IMG/VR virus record: IMGVR_UViG_3300034200_001185
Location: 32,001 to 96,000 of that record
Length of the DNA stretch: 64,000 nt
Direction: 5' to 3' (one strand)
Source of the DNA: a virus
Part shown: piece by piece, positions 9,532-19,044 of the stretch
Layout: every line of letters begins with the position of its first letter
Numbering within the stretch: the first letter of the stretch is position 1
Made by a program: the position numbers and the translations under genes
Notes under the pieces: model-generated
What the model was told of the DNA's origin: nothing
Seen by the model: the letters and a program-made list of their open reading frames with translations, nothing else
The model's database searches: none

Positions 9532-9810
9532 ATGCGATATATATTAATTATTATACTATGCACGTCATGTGCTAGCGCGCCTAAGCAATGCGAAACATAC
9601 AATCCTTTTCAAAGAGATTCGTCTATCTTTGATACGCAAAACACTAAGTCATGTAAGCGTGAGTTAGAAATGTGTCGTATGGATCATTATAAAAAGCAAG
9701 TAGATTTAGACGCATGTAAGCGAGATAACTCGCTATGGCTGAATATCGGACTTACGATTGCAGGTGCGTTTGCAGGCTTTATCACGTCTAAATATGGTAA
9801 AGTCGATTAA
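9532..9810 (+). CDS. predicted lipoprotein with C-terminal transmembrane helix
   Basis: MRYILIIILCTSC lipobox-like signal; WLNIGLTIAGAFAGFIT C-terminus. Confidence 0.65.
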   Translation: MRYILIIILCTSCASAPKQCETYNPFQRDSSIFDTQNTKSCKRELEMCRMDHYKKQVDLDACKRDNSLWLNIGLTIAGAFAGFITSKYGKVD

Positions 9811-9824
9811 TTATTGTTAACGCG

Positions 9825-10838
9825 TTAGTCTTTATTACGGTTATATAAATACGCCCCAGCCCCCAAGCCTGCAGCACCAGTGCCACCTATAATATATTTA
9901 CCATAACGCTTTTTAGGCGCATCGGCAGTACTATGATTAGTGTTAGTAGGATGTGCTGAGTAATCTCCGGTCGCCTCTTGTATTACGGACTTAGCTTCGT
10001 TCTTAGCTTCGGTAGGTTGTACGGGTGCATCCACTTTCGCTTCTTGTATTACGGACTTAGCTTCGTTCTTAGCTTCGGTAGGTTGTACGGGTGTATCCGC
10101 TTTTGGGGCAGATCCTTTAATTCTAGCTTTCGCCTCTGCTAATGTTTCGCCTTCTCTTATATCGTATTTAGAACGTGCATTAGTAGTACCAGTAGTTATC
10201 GTTTTTTTGTGCGATGGGTCAAAGGGTTGTATTGGTATATCCGCTTTTGTGGTGGACCCTTTAATTCTAGCTTTCGCTTCTGCTAATGTTTCGCCTTCTC
10301 TTATATCGTATTTAGAACGTGCATTAGTAGTACCAGTAGTTATCGTTTTTTTGTGCGATGGGTCGAAGTTACTACCACCTACTTTACCGGAACCTGAACC
10401 GATTACGGGTGTGTGTGGCTTATTAAGTATCTCCATTCGCTTTAATCGTTCTTGTTCAGCAATATACCGGTCGCTTGCATTAAGCTCTGACACATGTTGC
10501 GCATTTCCTGTATAAGTATTATCCGCTATACTTCTAGGTTTTACATAACCAGTGGACTTACTCTCAACCGTTTCCATCAGAGATTTAGTTGTATTATGCA
10601 ACTTCATATTAATTTCGCCAGCTTGTCGCTTTAATATGGTTGCTTGTTCCAAACTCAACTTAGGATCGTTAGATTTAGCAAGCAATTTCTGCATTAGTTT
10701 TACGCCCTTGTTAATTGTCATATCACCGTGTCCCGGTATGTTGACTACTTTTTTACCAATGAATCCTGGTAGGGCCGTTTTAGTCATTTCAATGTTCGTA
10801 ATTGTTCTGTATAATCTAATTCTAGTATCTGTAAACAT
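9825..10838 (-). CDS. K-x-A tagged, tail-anchored protein with internal duplications
   Basis: MTKTAL; two duplicated blocks; ends KYIIGGTGAAGLGAGAYLYNRNKD. Confidence 0.85.
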   Translation of the reverse strand: MFTDTRIRLYRTITNIEMTKTALPGFIGKKVVNIPGHGDMTINKGVKLMQKLLAKSNDPKLSLEQATILKRQAGEINMKLHNTTKSLMETVESKSTGYVKPRSIADNTYTGNAQHVSELNASDRYIAEQERLKRMEILNKPHTPVIGSGSGKVGGSNFDPSHKKTITTGTTNARSKYDIREGETLAEAKARIKGSTTKADIPIQPFDPSHKKTITTGTTNARSKYDIREGETLAEAKARIKGSAPKADTPVQPTEAKNEAKSVIQEAKVDAPVQPTEAKNEAKSVIQEATGDYSAHPTNTNHSTADAPKKRYGKYIIGGTGAAGLGAGAYLYNRNKD

Positions 10839-10973
10839 GTAGGTAATCTTTCGTTACGACTTAGCTATTTATATACGTAGTTATATCAATTCATTAGCTG
10901 ATTGTAAATAGTATGTAGATAAGTCGATTAATTATTGTTATGATAAAACAAACATAACACAACGGAGACAGAC

Positions 10974-11441
10974 ATGAGATCATATATTGTTAAACTAGCA
11001 GCGAGCACTAAGCTGGATAATGACGCTAAAAGTAAATTAAACACAGGCGAAGTCGTCAAAAGAGTAATCGGATATTCAGTAGGCGGTGTAGTCGGATCGG
11101 GGGTCGCTAGCGCTCTAAGTGGACACGGCTCTGGTAATAGTCGCTTACTAAAATCATTTGCAGGCGGAGTTGTAGGTACAGCTCTAGCAGACGCTTACAT
11201 GCGAGAAAAGCAAGATCCAATTACTACGCTTAAGAATTCGGCTCAAATAAGCGGAGCCGGGTTTGCAGGCGGTGTAACTGGTGCATTAGCAGGAATTGCA
11301 GCTGCAAACGTAGTCAGATCTAAAAACCCTAGTTACTACTCTACGATGAGTTACCCACTATACGGCGCTGCAATTGGACAGGGTATCGGCAAAGGGCTTG
11401 CGATTAAGAACATAATGCAAAAAGAGAAGTCGAGAAAGTAA
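10974..11441 (+). CDS. K-x-A tagged multi-Gly-zipper membrane protein
   Basis: YIVKLAAS; several GxxxG helices. Confidence 0.8.
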   Translation: MRSYIVKLAASTKLDNDAKSKLNTGEVVKRVIGYSVGGVVGSGVASALSGHGSGNSRLLKSFAGGVVGTALADAYMREKQDPITTLKNSAQISGAGFAGGVTGALAGIAAANVVRSKNPSYYSTMSYPLYGAAIGQGIGKGLAIKNIMQKEKSRK

Positions 11442-11442
11442 T

Positions 11443-12657
11443 ATGTCCGACAAATCTCTAAACGAGCATAAGTCGAAGAGAGAGCGAGAGGTTAAGTCTG
11501 GTTTGTACGGCGGTATTGCCGGTGCATTACTTTCAAACGCAGCTTATACTTCTGGACAGCTAGCTCTTGGAAAGTCTCACTCAAATGCCGAAAAGAGATC
11601 GCAATCATTCGGATCTGACTACAATAAAGTAGTCGGCAGTATGAATCATGTTAAAGATATAGCAGGCGGAGCATCTGCAGGCGGACATAGCATTTACCGT
11701 ACTCCTACCGGTAAAAGCATTATTATTACGAGAGCACATGAACACGATGCTACCTTTCCATCTTTTAGTTCGAGAACTGCTGTTAATGATTCTTTAAGAG
11801 GCGCTCAGGTAAAAACTCTTCGAGGTTTTCCAATCGATAAGGGCGGAGATAAGGTTCCGGGATTAGCAGAGTTAGAAGATTACATCAAAAGTAATAAGCG
11901 CGATCAGATTAATGTACTTGCAACTAAGGGCAACCATTCTATTCTACTCCATGAACTCGGACATTCTGCCGGTACAAGGCACGGTACAGCATCTGGTGCG
12001 TTAGTACGCCTTGGTAATATTAATCCGCCATCTATGGCTACGAAAGGTGTTGCAGCAACAGGCGCAATGCTTACACACCGTAGAGCAGGCGAGAGTAAGG
12101 AAGATTACGAAAAGAGATCTAAGAAGAACGCGATTAAGTCCGGCTTACTTGGAAGCGCTATGTATATTCCAACACTCGCAGAAGAGGCACGCGCTACATT
12201 AAATGCAAATCGTCTTGGTAAGAAGCTAGGCGTTAAGGTAGATAATCGTAAGTTACTTCTTCCAGCATACGGTACATATGTAGCAGGCGCACTTGCACCG
12301 ACAGCTGTCGCCCTTGGCGCACACTACGGTAAAAGATTTGTAGAGCGAGAGATGGAAAAGAAGTCGAGTATGATTAGCTCAAAGGGCGATATACATATGG
12401 GAGCCGTAGGCACTCGTGCTAAGCTTCTTAAGGTACACGAAGGTCTTAAACGACTAATGGGCGCAAGTGTAGGTGGCGCAGTCGGTCTCGCTGCTACAGA
12501 TAATCCGATAGGTATGCTCGGCGGTATGGTAGTAGGTGGCGTACTTCAACACTACGCATCTACAAAAGGAAATATCACTAAAGCGACTAAAGAGATCGAA
12601 GAAGAAGAACGCGCTTTACTTAAACAAATGATCATGCGTAAAAAGAAGAATAAATAA
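11443..12657 (+). CDS. putative zincin metallopeptidase with Gly-zipper helices
   Basis: LLHELGH and downstream EEARAT; MEKKSS linker before a C-terminal Gly-zipper domain. Confidence 0.7.
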   Translation: MSDKSLNEHKSKREREVKSGLYGGIAGALLSNAAYTSGQLALGKSHSNAEKRSQSFGSDYNKVVGSMNHVKDIAGGASAGGHSIYRTPTGKSIIITRAHEHDATFPSFSSRTAVNDSLRGAQVKTLRGFPIDKGGDKVPGLAELEDYIKSNKRDQINVLATKGNHSILLHELGHSAGTRHGTASGALVRLGNINPPSMATKGVAATGAMLTHRRAGESKEDYEKRSKKNAIKSGLLGSAMYIPTLAEEARATLNANRLGKKLGVKVDNRKLLLPAYGTYVAGALAPTAVALGAHYGKRFVEREMEKKSSMISSKGDIHMGAVGTRAKLLKVHEGLKRLMGASVGGAVGLAATDNPIGMLGGMVVGGVLQHYASTKGNITKATKEIEEEERALLKQMIMRKKKNK

Positions 12658-12689
12658 CACACGAATAGGATTAGGTATAAGATGTAATA

Positions 12690-12746
12690 TACGTATTCTT
12701 AAACGGAATAGGGGTAGGGCGGAGGTGTACGTATTCTTAAACGGAA
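12690..12746. repeat. 19-bp direct repeat TACGTATTCTTAAACGGAA x2
   Basis: Copies at 12690-12708 and 12728-12746. Confidence 0.9.
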
Positions 12747-12747
12747 G

Positions 12748-13260
12748 GGGGGCATGCGTAGATAGACGGCATACTACGTATGTTCAAGATTATACCGAAT
12801 ATAAGCAAGACGTTTATGTATACGCAAATAAATCGTATACTTTTTATTTATTAAGCGTTACCACCGAAAGTTCAGACAATATCATTCGCTCTTGATAATT
12901 ACTTGACCGTGACCGTGTAGCGTAATCATGTACGTTATACGGATGTCGTTACACTACGTGCTTGACTACGTTATTATAGCGTACTTGACTGCGTGTTTAT
13001 AGATGTAGTGTAAACCGTATTCATAAATCCACGTAATACAACGCTCAGGTTATCATTTACTTTTAGTACATACGAGCTGGCCATACGCGAAATCACACGC
13101 TCACACTTATACTCTCCCCCTTCGCTTAACAGTAACGCGTATGGCCGGGTCGGGTATATCTTTACGGTTAAGACGTAGGGGCTAGGGGGATTAGCGTCAG
13201 TACAGTGTACGGTTTATCGCCGGTCGAGTTGCCCAACCCATACGTTGAACGCATACCCCC
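12748..13260. ncRNA. candidate large structured ncRNA or replication origin
   Basis: No ORF >=60 aa; 12-bp end-to-end inverted repeat, nested 7-bp helix, internal 11-bp helix. Confidence 0.4.
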
Positions 13261-13305
13261 GCTTAATTTTTTTTAGGGTATAAAATCAAACGAACATGTT
13301 CGTTG

Positions 13306-14643
13306 TTACTTCTTACTCTTCTTAGCGTGTTCTAGTTGTTCGTTATAATATTCTTTCATACTCTTTTTACGTAGTACGTATGGTAACGATCCTACACCAA
13401 GAGACGCAATAGCAAGGTCTCGCTTAATTTTTTTACCTATGGGAGTATTATTTTGCATATGATCCTTCATAGTAGCCGTAGAAACTCCATGTCTCTTCGC
13501 TATAAAGAATAACGATGGGAACAGCGCACCACTCACTAACGTACCGGATCTTACTAGATCGTTTGCTTCCCTTTTAGCTGTTTCGGTGCCCGCAATAATT
13601 TGTTCGTCGGATAAGCTCGATTTCTTTTCTAGTTTAGCCTTGTTTTGCTCTTCTTTTAACTTATTACGTCTCCAAAGTTTCATAGCAGCGTATGTACCAG
13701 CACCGTAAGCTATAGGTCTACCTGCCGTACTTTTCCAATAACTAGCATACGACGCCTTGAGCGGATTAGTGTTTATTTTAATTCCTAACGCTTTAGCTCT
13801 ACGTATAGCGCCTAAGTTAGCTCTACCTTCTTCGATAACTTGACCTGGAGCGCTTAAAGCAGTAGCACCTAACGTAGCAAGTCCTATATTTTTACCCATA
13901 CGCTTTTGGTAGTCCTTTTCGCTCTCGTCATTACGCTTTTTAGCGGTTGCTAAGAATGCAGCACCTGGTGCCATAGCAACAATATTACCTATCGTACCTG
14001 GAGTACTCGGTAAATGATAATTAGAAATAAATTTTGACGATATGCCACTTCTAGAAGCGTGCGTCATCTCGTGTAACATAGTACCGGCTTCACCAGTATG
14101 ATGTATAGATCCGCTAAAGTTCTTATCGTTGTATAACTCTTTGAGGCGTTTACTAACATCCTCCTTTTTAAGCTTAGCAATCAACTGATCTCGTTGTTGT
14201 CTGATTTCAGGTAATTCGTCTCTATATACTGAACTCTCGGCTATTCGGAACTTTGTATTTGCCAACTGTTCTGGAGTAAGATTCTTGTAATCCAAGTCAA
14301 TTTTAGTATTGGCTAATTCGTGCATTTTATATTCATCGCCACGTTGATTCGTATGAATGCTTAATACCTTCTTACCGTTTTCAGGATCTGTAAGTATATG
14401 AATACCGTCGTCTAATTTTTCAGCCTTATACGCGTCATGTATTTTTTTAATCTCGCTAGGATTTCTATTAAATTTAGCCGTAGGACTATTACGGTTAATA
14501 TAATTAGATGCAGGGTCGAGGACTAGTTTCTTACCTGCAAGCACACCAGCTCCGGCTATACCAGCGATTTCTGCGTTTTCTTTTGCGTACTGTTTAAGCT
14601 TCTTGTGCTTATCTTCTTCCTTTTGTTTCTTGTCGTTTGACAT
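13306..14643 (-). CDS. putative zincin metallopeptidase, paralog of 11443
   Basis: MLHEMTH and IEEGRAN; shared ESKxDYxKR segment; LEKKSS linker. Confidence 0.7.
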   Translation of the reverse strand: MSNDKKQKEEDKHKKLKQYAKENAEIAGIAGAGVLAGKKLVLDPASNYINRNSPTAKFNRNPSEIKKIHDAYKAEKLDDGIHILTDPENGKKVLSIHTNQRGDEYKMHELANTKIDLDYKNLTPEQLANTKFRIAESSVYRDELPEIRQQRDQLIAKLKKEDVSKRLKELYNDKNFSGSIHHTGEAGTMLHEMTHASRSGISSKFISNYHLPSTPGTIGNIVAMAPGAAFLATAKKRNDESEKDYQKRMGKNIGLATLGATALSAPGQVIEEGRANLGAIRRAKALGIKINTNPLKASYASYWKSTAGRPIAYGAGTYAAMKLWRRNKLKEEQNKAKLEKKSSLSDEQIIAGTETAKREANDLVRSGTLVSGALFPSLFFIAKRHGVSTATMKDHMQNNTPIGKKIKRDLAIASLGVGSLPYVLRKKSMKEYYNEQLEHAKKSKK

Positions 14644-14758
14644 TTCGCACTCCTATTCGTTAAGTTTCATAATTAATACTATAATAAAAGCTAATAAAAA
14701 ACATCATTACACTACGATTATTTTTTACACTCACGTAAGACGCAAGTTAGTCTCTCGC

Positions 14759-15205
14759 TTATTCAAGTAAAGATACGATGTCAGCCTTAATTTCGATCAT
14801 ATCAAGTATTTGTTGTACGCGAGTTGAGTACTCAAGGTAATCCGCTGAGAGAGGCGCGGTATCTCTCGATAGCATACATCTAGCGAGTTCACTTACCGGA
14901 ATGATCTGAATAAGCAGATCGAATTGGTGCAATGTAATGATACCGACAAGCTCTTTGCGAACATACATATATGCAATGTCATTCGCAGTAAACAAGTCAG
15001 TGACACTAAAGGCACGATTTAAAGGCGCACACTTAAGAAGTTCATCAACGCTCTTAAATCCCAAAAGTTGCTTTACGAACAACTCGTGGTAGATTGGAAC
15101 ACCTAAATCGTTACAACGATTTGTAACATCGCGCTCTTGAACGAGTACATCAAGTAGATTAAAGATCATCGTTACCACCTTGCTTCTCTGCCATTCTACG
15201 AGCAA
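14759..15205 (-). CDS. hypothetical protein
   Basis: ORF in early-type cluster; start uncertain. Confidence 0.65.
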   Translation of the reverse strand: MLVEWQRSKVVTMIFNLLDVLVQERDVTNRCNDLGVPIYHELFVKQLLGFKSVDELLKCAPLNRAFSVTDLFTANDIAYMYVRKELVGIITLHQFDLLIQIIPVSELARCMLSRDTAPLSADYLEYSTRVQQILDMIEIKADIVSLLE

Positions 15206-15395
15206 AGATTAGATCGCATAATGGTGTGCGCTTGGTTTCTACTACGCCAGAAACGCTTGTTTCAAATCTTCGTGACATGTACACAAAGAATTCGTTTAAG
15301 TCTACTTGTACCTCTAAGAAGTACGGACTTGTGCAGTTGCATACTTCGTATTGCTTGCATACGAGGCATACCTTAGTTTTAATTGTTCCGTTCAT
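15159..15395 (-). CDS. hypothetical protein, possible Zn finger
   Basis: CLVC..VCNC; SD GGGAG and conserved hairpin upstream. Confidence 0.65.
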   Translation of the reverse strand: MNGTIKTKVCLVCKQYEVCNCTSPYFLEVQVDLNEFFVYMSRRFETSVSGVVETKRTPLCDLIFARRMAEKQGGNDDL

Positions 15396-15762
15396 AACGA
15401 TTCTCCCTTCGATTGTGATTGAGCGTATTCGCTCTTACGTGGTTAATTGCATCCTCGCGTACATCTCTCGCTAAGTTAACAGCATTGTTTGTAACGCGAA
15501 TGAATTGGTCTGCTACGTCAAGTGCATCAAGTGCACGTGTTTTAACCCAGCGCCCAAACCGTTCATTGTCTAGGCTCTCGATTGCAGTACGTACATCATT
15601 TACCGCATTCTTTCCGCCCATAACACTTAGTAATAATTTACGAAGCATTCTTACTTTCCTTTTTAAGCACATAGTAGTTTTATCGAATTCGACGTGGAAA
15701 CATGGCGTGCTTTGGTATCCGTGTTCCATATAGTTATCACGGTTTCGTCTATATAATTGCAC
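15379..15762 (-). CDS. hypothetical protein
   Basis: ORF downstream of a GTGATAA promoter; start uncertain. Confidence 0.5.
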   Translation of the reverse strand: MQLYRRNRDNYMEHGYQSTPCFHVEFDKTTMCLKRKVRMLRKLLLSVMGGKNAVNDVRTAIESLDNERFGRWVKTRALDALDVADQFIRVTNNAVNLARDVREDAINHVRANTLNHNRRENRYERNN

Positions 15763-15812
15763 GTTTTACTATCATCAAAAACGGGCTAAGAAAAACGTTC
15801 TGGTCTTCGTTC
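15760..15812 (-). terminator. conserved terminator cassette
   Basis: TTTTACTATCATCAAAAACGGGCTAAGAAAAACGTTCTGGTCTTCG. Confidence 0.7.
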
Positions 15813-15839
15813 TTCACCCCCCATCACCCACCAGTTTTA

Positions 15840-16460
15840 TTACCAGATGTTGATTGGTGCCTCCAAGTACTCGTTCCCGTTCAACACAAATGTCAATCGA
15901 AAGATTTGAGAGCGGAGGTTGTCAGCCTTCCACTTGTCCACTGACTGTAGCTTGTGCGCTAGGTAACGACCCGCTTTAACCACCCCCCCAACGGTTTCCA
16001 CGATCTTGCAGTCGATGTTGTGTTCGAGTGCTAATCCGAAGATGATCTCGTATAAAGTTTCTGCCTCTTGGACGACAGCACGTTCTTCCAACCATCTTTC
16101 CCACTTACTGTTGTCCACCGCACTGCCTTCACCGCCTTCACCTTCACCACCATCAACCGCACCACCTTCACCACCCTTACCGCCGCGTGCAATTTCGTTT
16201 AATCTCATTGCTGCCCCCACCATGATCCCAACCTCCTGATCCATGTCAATACCCTTAGCCAATTTCTTGGCCATAGCAACGACATCTAGGGTCAACTCAT
16301 AGCCCTTAACCATACACTGACCGTTCGCATCCATTGCAGCTTTAACGAGGGACAATACCTCTTCGCGATTTTCTTCGAGATTGGATAATTGTGTGGATGC
16401 TACCTTGACGCTTTTTACCACTGCCTTAGCTGTGGAGGTAATGAATGAACGAATACTCAT
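15840..16460 (-). CDS. hypothetical protein with Gly/Glu linker
   Basis: 206-aa ORF; SD GGAG; conserved leader upstream. Confidence 0.75.
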   Translation of the reverse strand: MSIRSFITSTAKAVVKSVKVASTQLSNLEENREEVLSLVKAAMDANGQCMVKGYELTLDVVAMAKKLAKGIDMDQEVGIMVGAAMRLNEIARGGKGGEGGAVDGGEGEGGEGSAVDNSKWERWLEERAVVQEAETLYEIIFGLALEHNIDCKIVETVGGVVKAGRYLAHKLQSVDKWKADNLRSQIFRLTFVLNGNEYLEAPINIW

Positions 16461-16474
16461 CGTCTATTCTCCAT

Positions 16475-16648
16475 GCACCTATTGTGTTGTAGTCTTAGTA
16501 CAATGCGTACCTGTTACCACCGAAGTCAAGGCGTGCTTTTGTTCCTTTTCTTCTATATACTTATCACGCAATTTTACGCATTTTTGCACGTTTTACTATC
16601 ATCCAAAAAGGGCTAAGAAAAACGTTCTGGTCTTCGTTCTTCTTAGCG
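16475..16648 (-). promoter_or_regulatory. terminator, promoter and structured leader cassette
   Basis: Near-identical blocks at 21430-21590 and 25651-25760. Confidence 0.7.
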
Positions 16649-16654
16649 TATCGC

Positions 16655-17017
16655 CTACGCCCCCATCATAGATTCCCTACGTCTCTTTTCAAAGAAATAG
16701 GGTCCAACGAGAATTGCATTCGCGCCTGCAAAAATCACGAATGCTTCTGGTAGCAACATTAAGATAAATGTTGCTACACAGAAGGTACATGCTGCTTGAG
16801 CGACACCCTTCTTATCCGACCCAAACCAAAAGCTGATAAAGTGGATGCAAACGTTTGCGCTAAGCGCAAACTTGTAATTAATCATGTCCATAATCTGACA
16901 GACAGTCCACAAGTAAATCAAGCCAATAGCCAACCCGATAATCCCCTTTACAAGCTTATTACGACTCATAACATTCCCCAAAACACTTATGTAGTCTGTC
17001 GTCAGAAGGTGCGACAT
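16655..17017 (-). CDS. small membrane protein
   Basis: Three to four hydrophobic segments. Confidence 0.65.
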   Translation of the reverse strand: MSHLLTTDYISVLGNVMSRNKLVKGIIGLAIGLIYLWTVCQIMDMINYKFALSANVCIHFISFWFGSDKKGVAQAACTFCVATFILMLLPEAFVIFAGANAILVGPYFFEKRRRESMMGA

Positions 17018-17178
17018 TAAACTACCAAAGCTAGGTGTGTTCTTACCTTTCTTCTATATTCTTATCACTATATTTATACGCCTTTTGCATTTACTATCAT
17101 CGCGTAATTTAAGCTAAGAAAAACGCCTGACAACCGTTTTTCCAACCGTATTACTGTCTCGCGACATGATACGATTTA

Positions 17179-17745
17179 TTAGCTCTTTTGGTGGTGCGCT
17201 TTAAACTTACGTAATGCTTGCAACTTCATCTTATCGAACTTAGCGTATTCGTTATCCTTAGCTTTCGATGTATGTTCTAGGTCTCGAATGAGATCATCCA
17301 CATGTACGAATTCTGCACCTTCGAGTTGATCGCCTTCCTTACCAAGTAGGGATTTATCTCGCTGTCCCAAAGGAGCTGCCATAAAGTGCGATACTTCTCC
17401 GTGGAAGTCTCTTCCCTTTGCTAACGCTTGTTGGCGAAATGACTTATTCCAATTTACCTTCTTACTATACCCGAAGTGGTATGGATCGGAAGATGTTGAA
17501 TAGCCTGCCTCTTCGAGTAACTCTTTTCGAGTTGCTTCTGGTAAGCTCTCGCCTTGTTCCACGCCACCGCCTGGAAACTTATAGTTTGGATACTGACGCA
17601 AACCGCTACCAGATCCCTGACTTCTACTCGCTAAAATGCGCATGTCAGGTGTGTACAATAATGCTTGTACCTTAGGTCTGTATCGCTTTTCTTCCGCAAT
17701 CTTTTCAAGCTCGTCAACGAACGATTCAATTACTTTATTCTTCAT
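17179..17745 (-). CDS. Nudix hydrolase with N-terminal ESFVDELEKIA tag
   Basis: Nudix box FPGGGVEQGESLPEATRKELLEEAGY. Confidence 0.9.
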   Translation of the reverse strand: MKNKVIESFVDELEKIAEEKRYRPKVQALLYTPDMRILASRSQGSGSGLRQYPNYKFPGGGVEQGESLPEATRKELLEEAGYSTSSDPYHFGYSKKVNWNKSFRQQALAKGRDFHGEVSHFMAAPLGQRDKSLLGKEGDQLEGAEFVHVDDLIRDLEHTSKAKDNEYAKFDKMKLQALRKFKAHHQKS

Positions 17746-17756
17746 AAGTTTAATCC

Positions 17757-18389
17757 TTAATCTTGTTTACATACCTTACCATACATTTTTTCGCCATCTC
17801 GGACAAGTCCGTCATATTCATACTTAAACAGCATGTTTACTCTATCCTCATCGAATTCCATTCCGAAGTAGAACGTTGACAAGAAGTTTAGAACATCTTC
17901 CTTGATATCCTTTACGTACAATCCGTACTCATCCTTACCTTCCATCGCGGGAATGATTCTTTCAACCGATAACATATCACGCTTTGCATACGACAGATAA
18001 CGAAGTTCTGCTAAAAACTTACCTCGATACCCTTCGCTAGTAACCATGACTGATTTATGGTTAATACATTCATCAAGTGAACGAATAAAACGAAAGAACG
18101 ACATATTGCCAAATGACTTTACGTTTAGACAGAATACGTACTTAAGGCCTTGATAATCCACATCGCCAATAAGATCTTCTACGGTCATAAACTCGTGTCC
18201 AACGGCAGTCACTCTTTCGCCATATGAACATTCAAATCCATCTTTCGAACCAACCAATTCGAGAAACTTGCGTAGCCCATAATCGCCTTCGTAGATAACA
18301 GGTAATCTGTCATCGTCATGCGCATCGAGAAATACATTTGCGCTTTCCATGTCCTTACAGAACTTATATACTTTTACATTTCTTTCCAT
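17757..18389 (-). CDS. hypothetical protein
   Basis: 210-aa ORF with SD AAGGAAAA and hairpin upstream. Confidence 0.75.
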   Translation of the reverse strand: MERNVKVYKFCKDMESANVFLDAHDDDRLPVIYEGDYGLRKFLELVGSKDGFECSYGERVTAVGHEFMTVEDLIGDVDYQGLKYVFCLNVKSFGNMSFFRFIRSLDECINHKSVMVTSEGYRGKFLAELRYLSYAKRDMLSVERIIPAMEGKDEYGLYVKDIKEDVLNFLSTFYFGMEFDEDRVNMLFKYEYDGLVRDGEKMYGKVCKQD

Positions 18390-18435
18390 AATCGTTTTCC
18401 TTTCGATTGAGCGTATCCGCTCGCTTGCTTGTTGT

Positions 18436-19044
18436 TTATATAATCGGTGAAATTGTATCCTTTAAGTCCGATACTAATTCGATTGCTCTTACAGCGTCTG
18501 AGACGAATTCGTCTATGCTTTTATTTGCAGGCGTCTTGACATCAAATATCGTAGTCAAGTACTTGATGGGCTTAAAGGCGGTATTGACGTGATATCGATT
18601 GTACCGAAAGAATCGCTCGCCCTTAACCAACGGTTCTTGGTTGTACCCCTTATATACTTCGAGGGACATGTTATCTAGGTTTACCACGTATCCCCATTCG
18701 CAAAACAAGCTGTCTCGTGAGAATGAAGTTGAGTCTTGAAGGTAGAAATGATGTCCGCCTTGAATAATGATGTCGAGTATACCGCATCCAGCTGAACTGT
18801 GGAATGCTGACGAAAAATTATTTGCGTTCCATTCCTTTCCAAACTTAGCTTGTGCCTTTTCGTATGTTAACAGCGTAACGTTCTTAGAATCGAGTTGGTG
18901 CTTAAGGCTACTTACCTTTGACTTGTCGAGCATGAAGCGTAACAAGTAATCGGCGGTGTATGATGGATATCCATCGTATTGACCATATTGAGCAATAACG
19001 GTTTTCTTTTGGTAAATTACCATTACTAAATTACGAGTACCCAT
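18436..19044 (-). CDS. conserved phage hypothetical protein (MGTR..Y.Q.DGYP family)
   Basis: MGTRNL..AQYGQYDGYPS and EWGYVVNLD patterns. Confidence 0.75.
   Translation of the reverse strand: MGTRNLVMVIYQKKTVIAQYGQYDGYPSYTADYLLRFMLDKSKVSSLKHQLDSKNVTLLTYEKAQAKFGKEWNANNFSSAFHSSAGCGILDIIIQGGHHFYLQDSTSFSRDSLFCEWGYVVNLDNMSLEVYKGYNQEPLVKGERFFRYNRYHVNTAFKPIKYLTTIFDVKTPANKSIDEFVSDAVRAIELVSDLKDTISPII

Noticed and set aside
2-10838. C-terminal anchors as GlyGly-CTERM or LPXTG sorting signals
   Set aside because: No signal peptides, no LPXTG; Gly is spread through the helix; no sortase or rhombosortase in the window
12748-13262. tmRNA, RNase P RNA or group I/II intron
   Set aside because: The GGGGGT start resembles tmRNA but there is no T-arm/CCA end; no GAGGAAAGUCC; only a partial AAGATATA match and no host gene to splice
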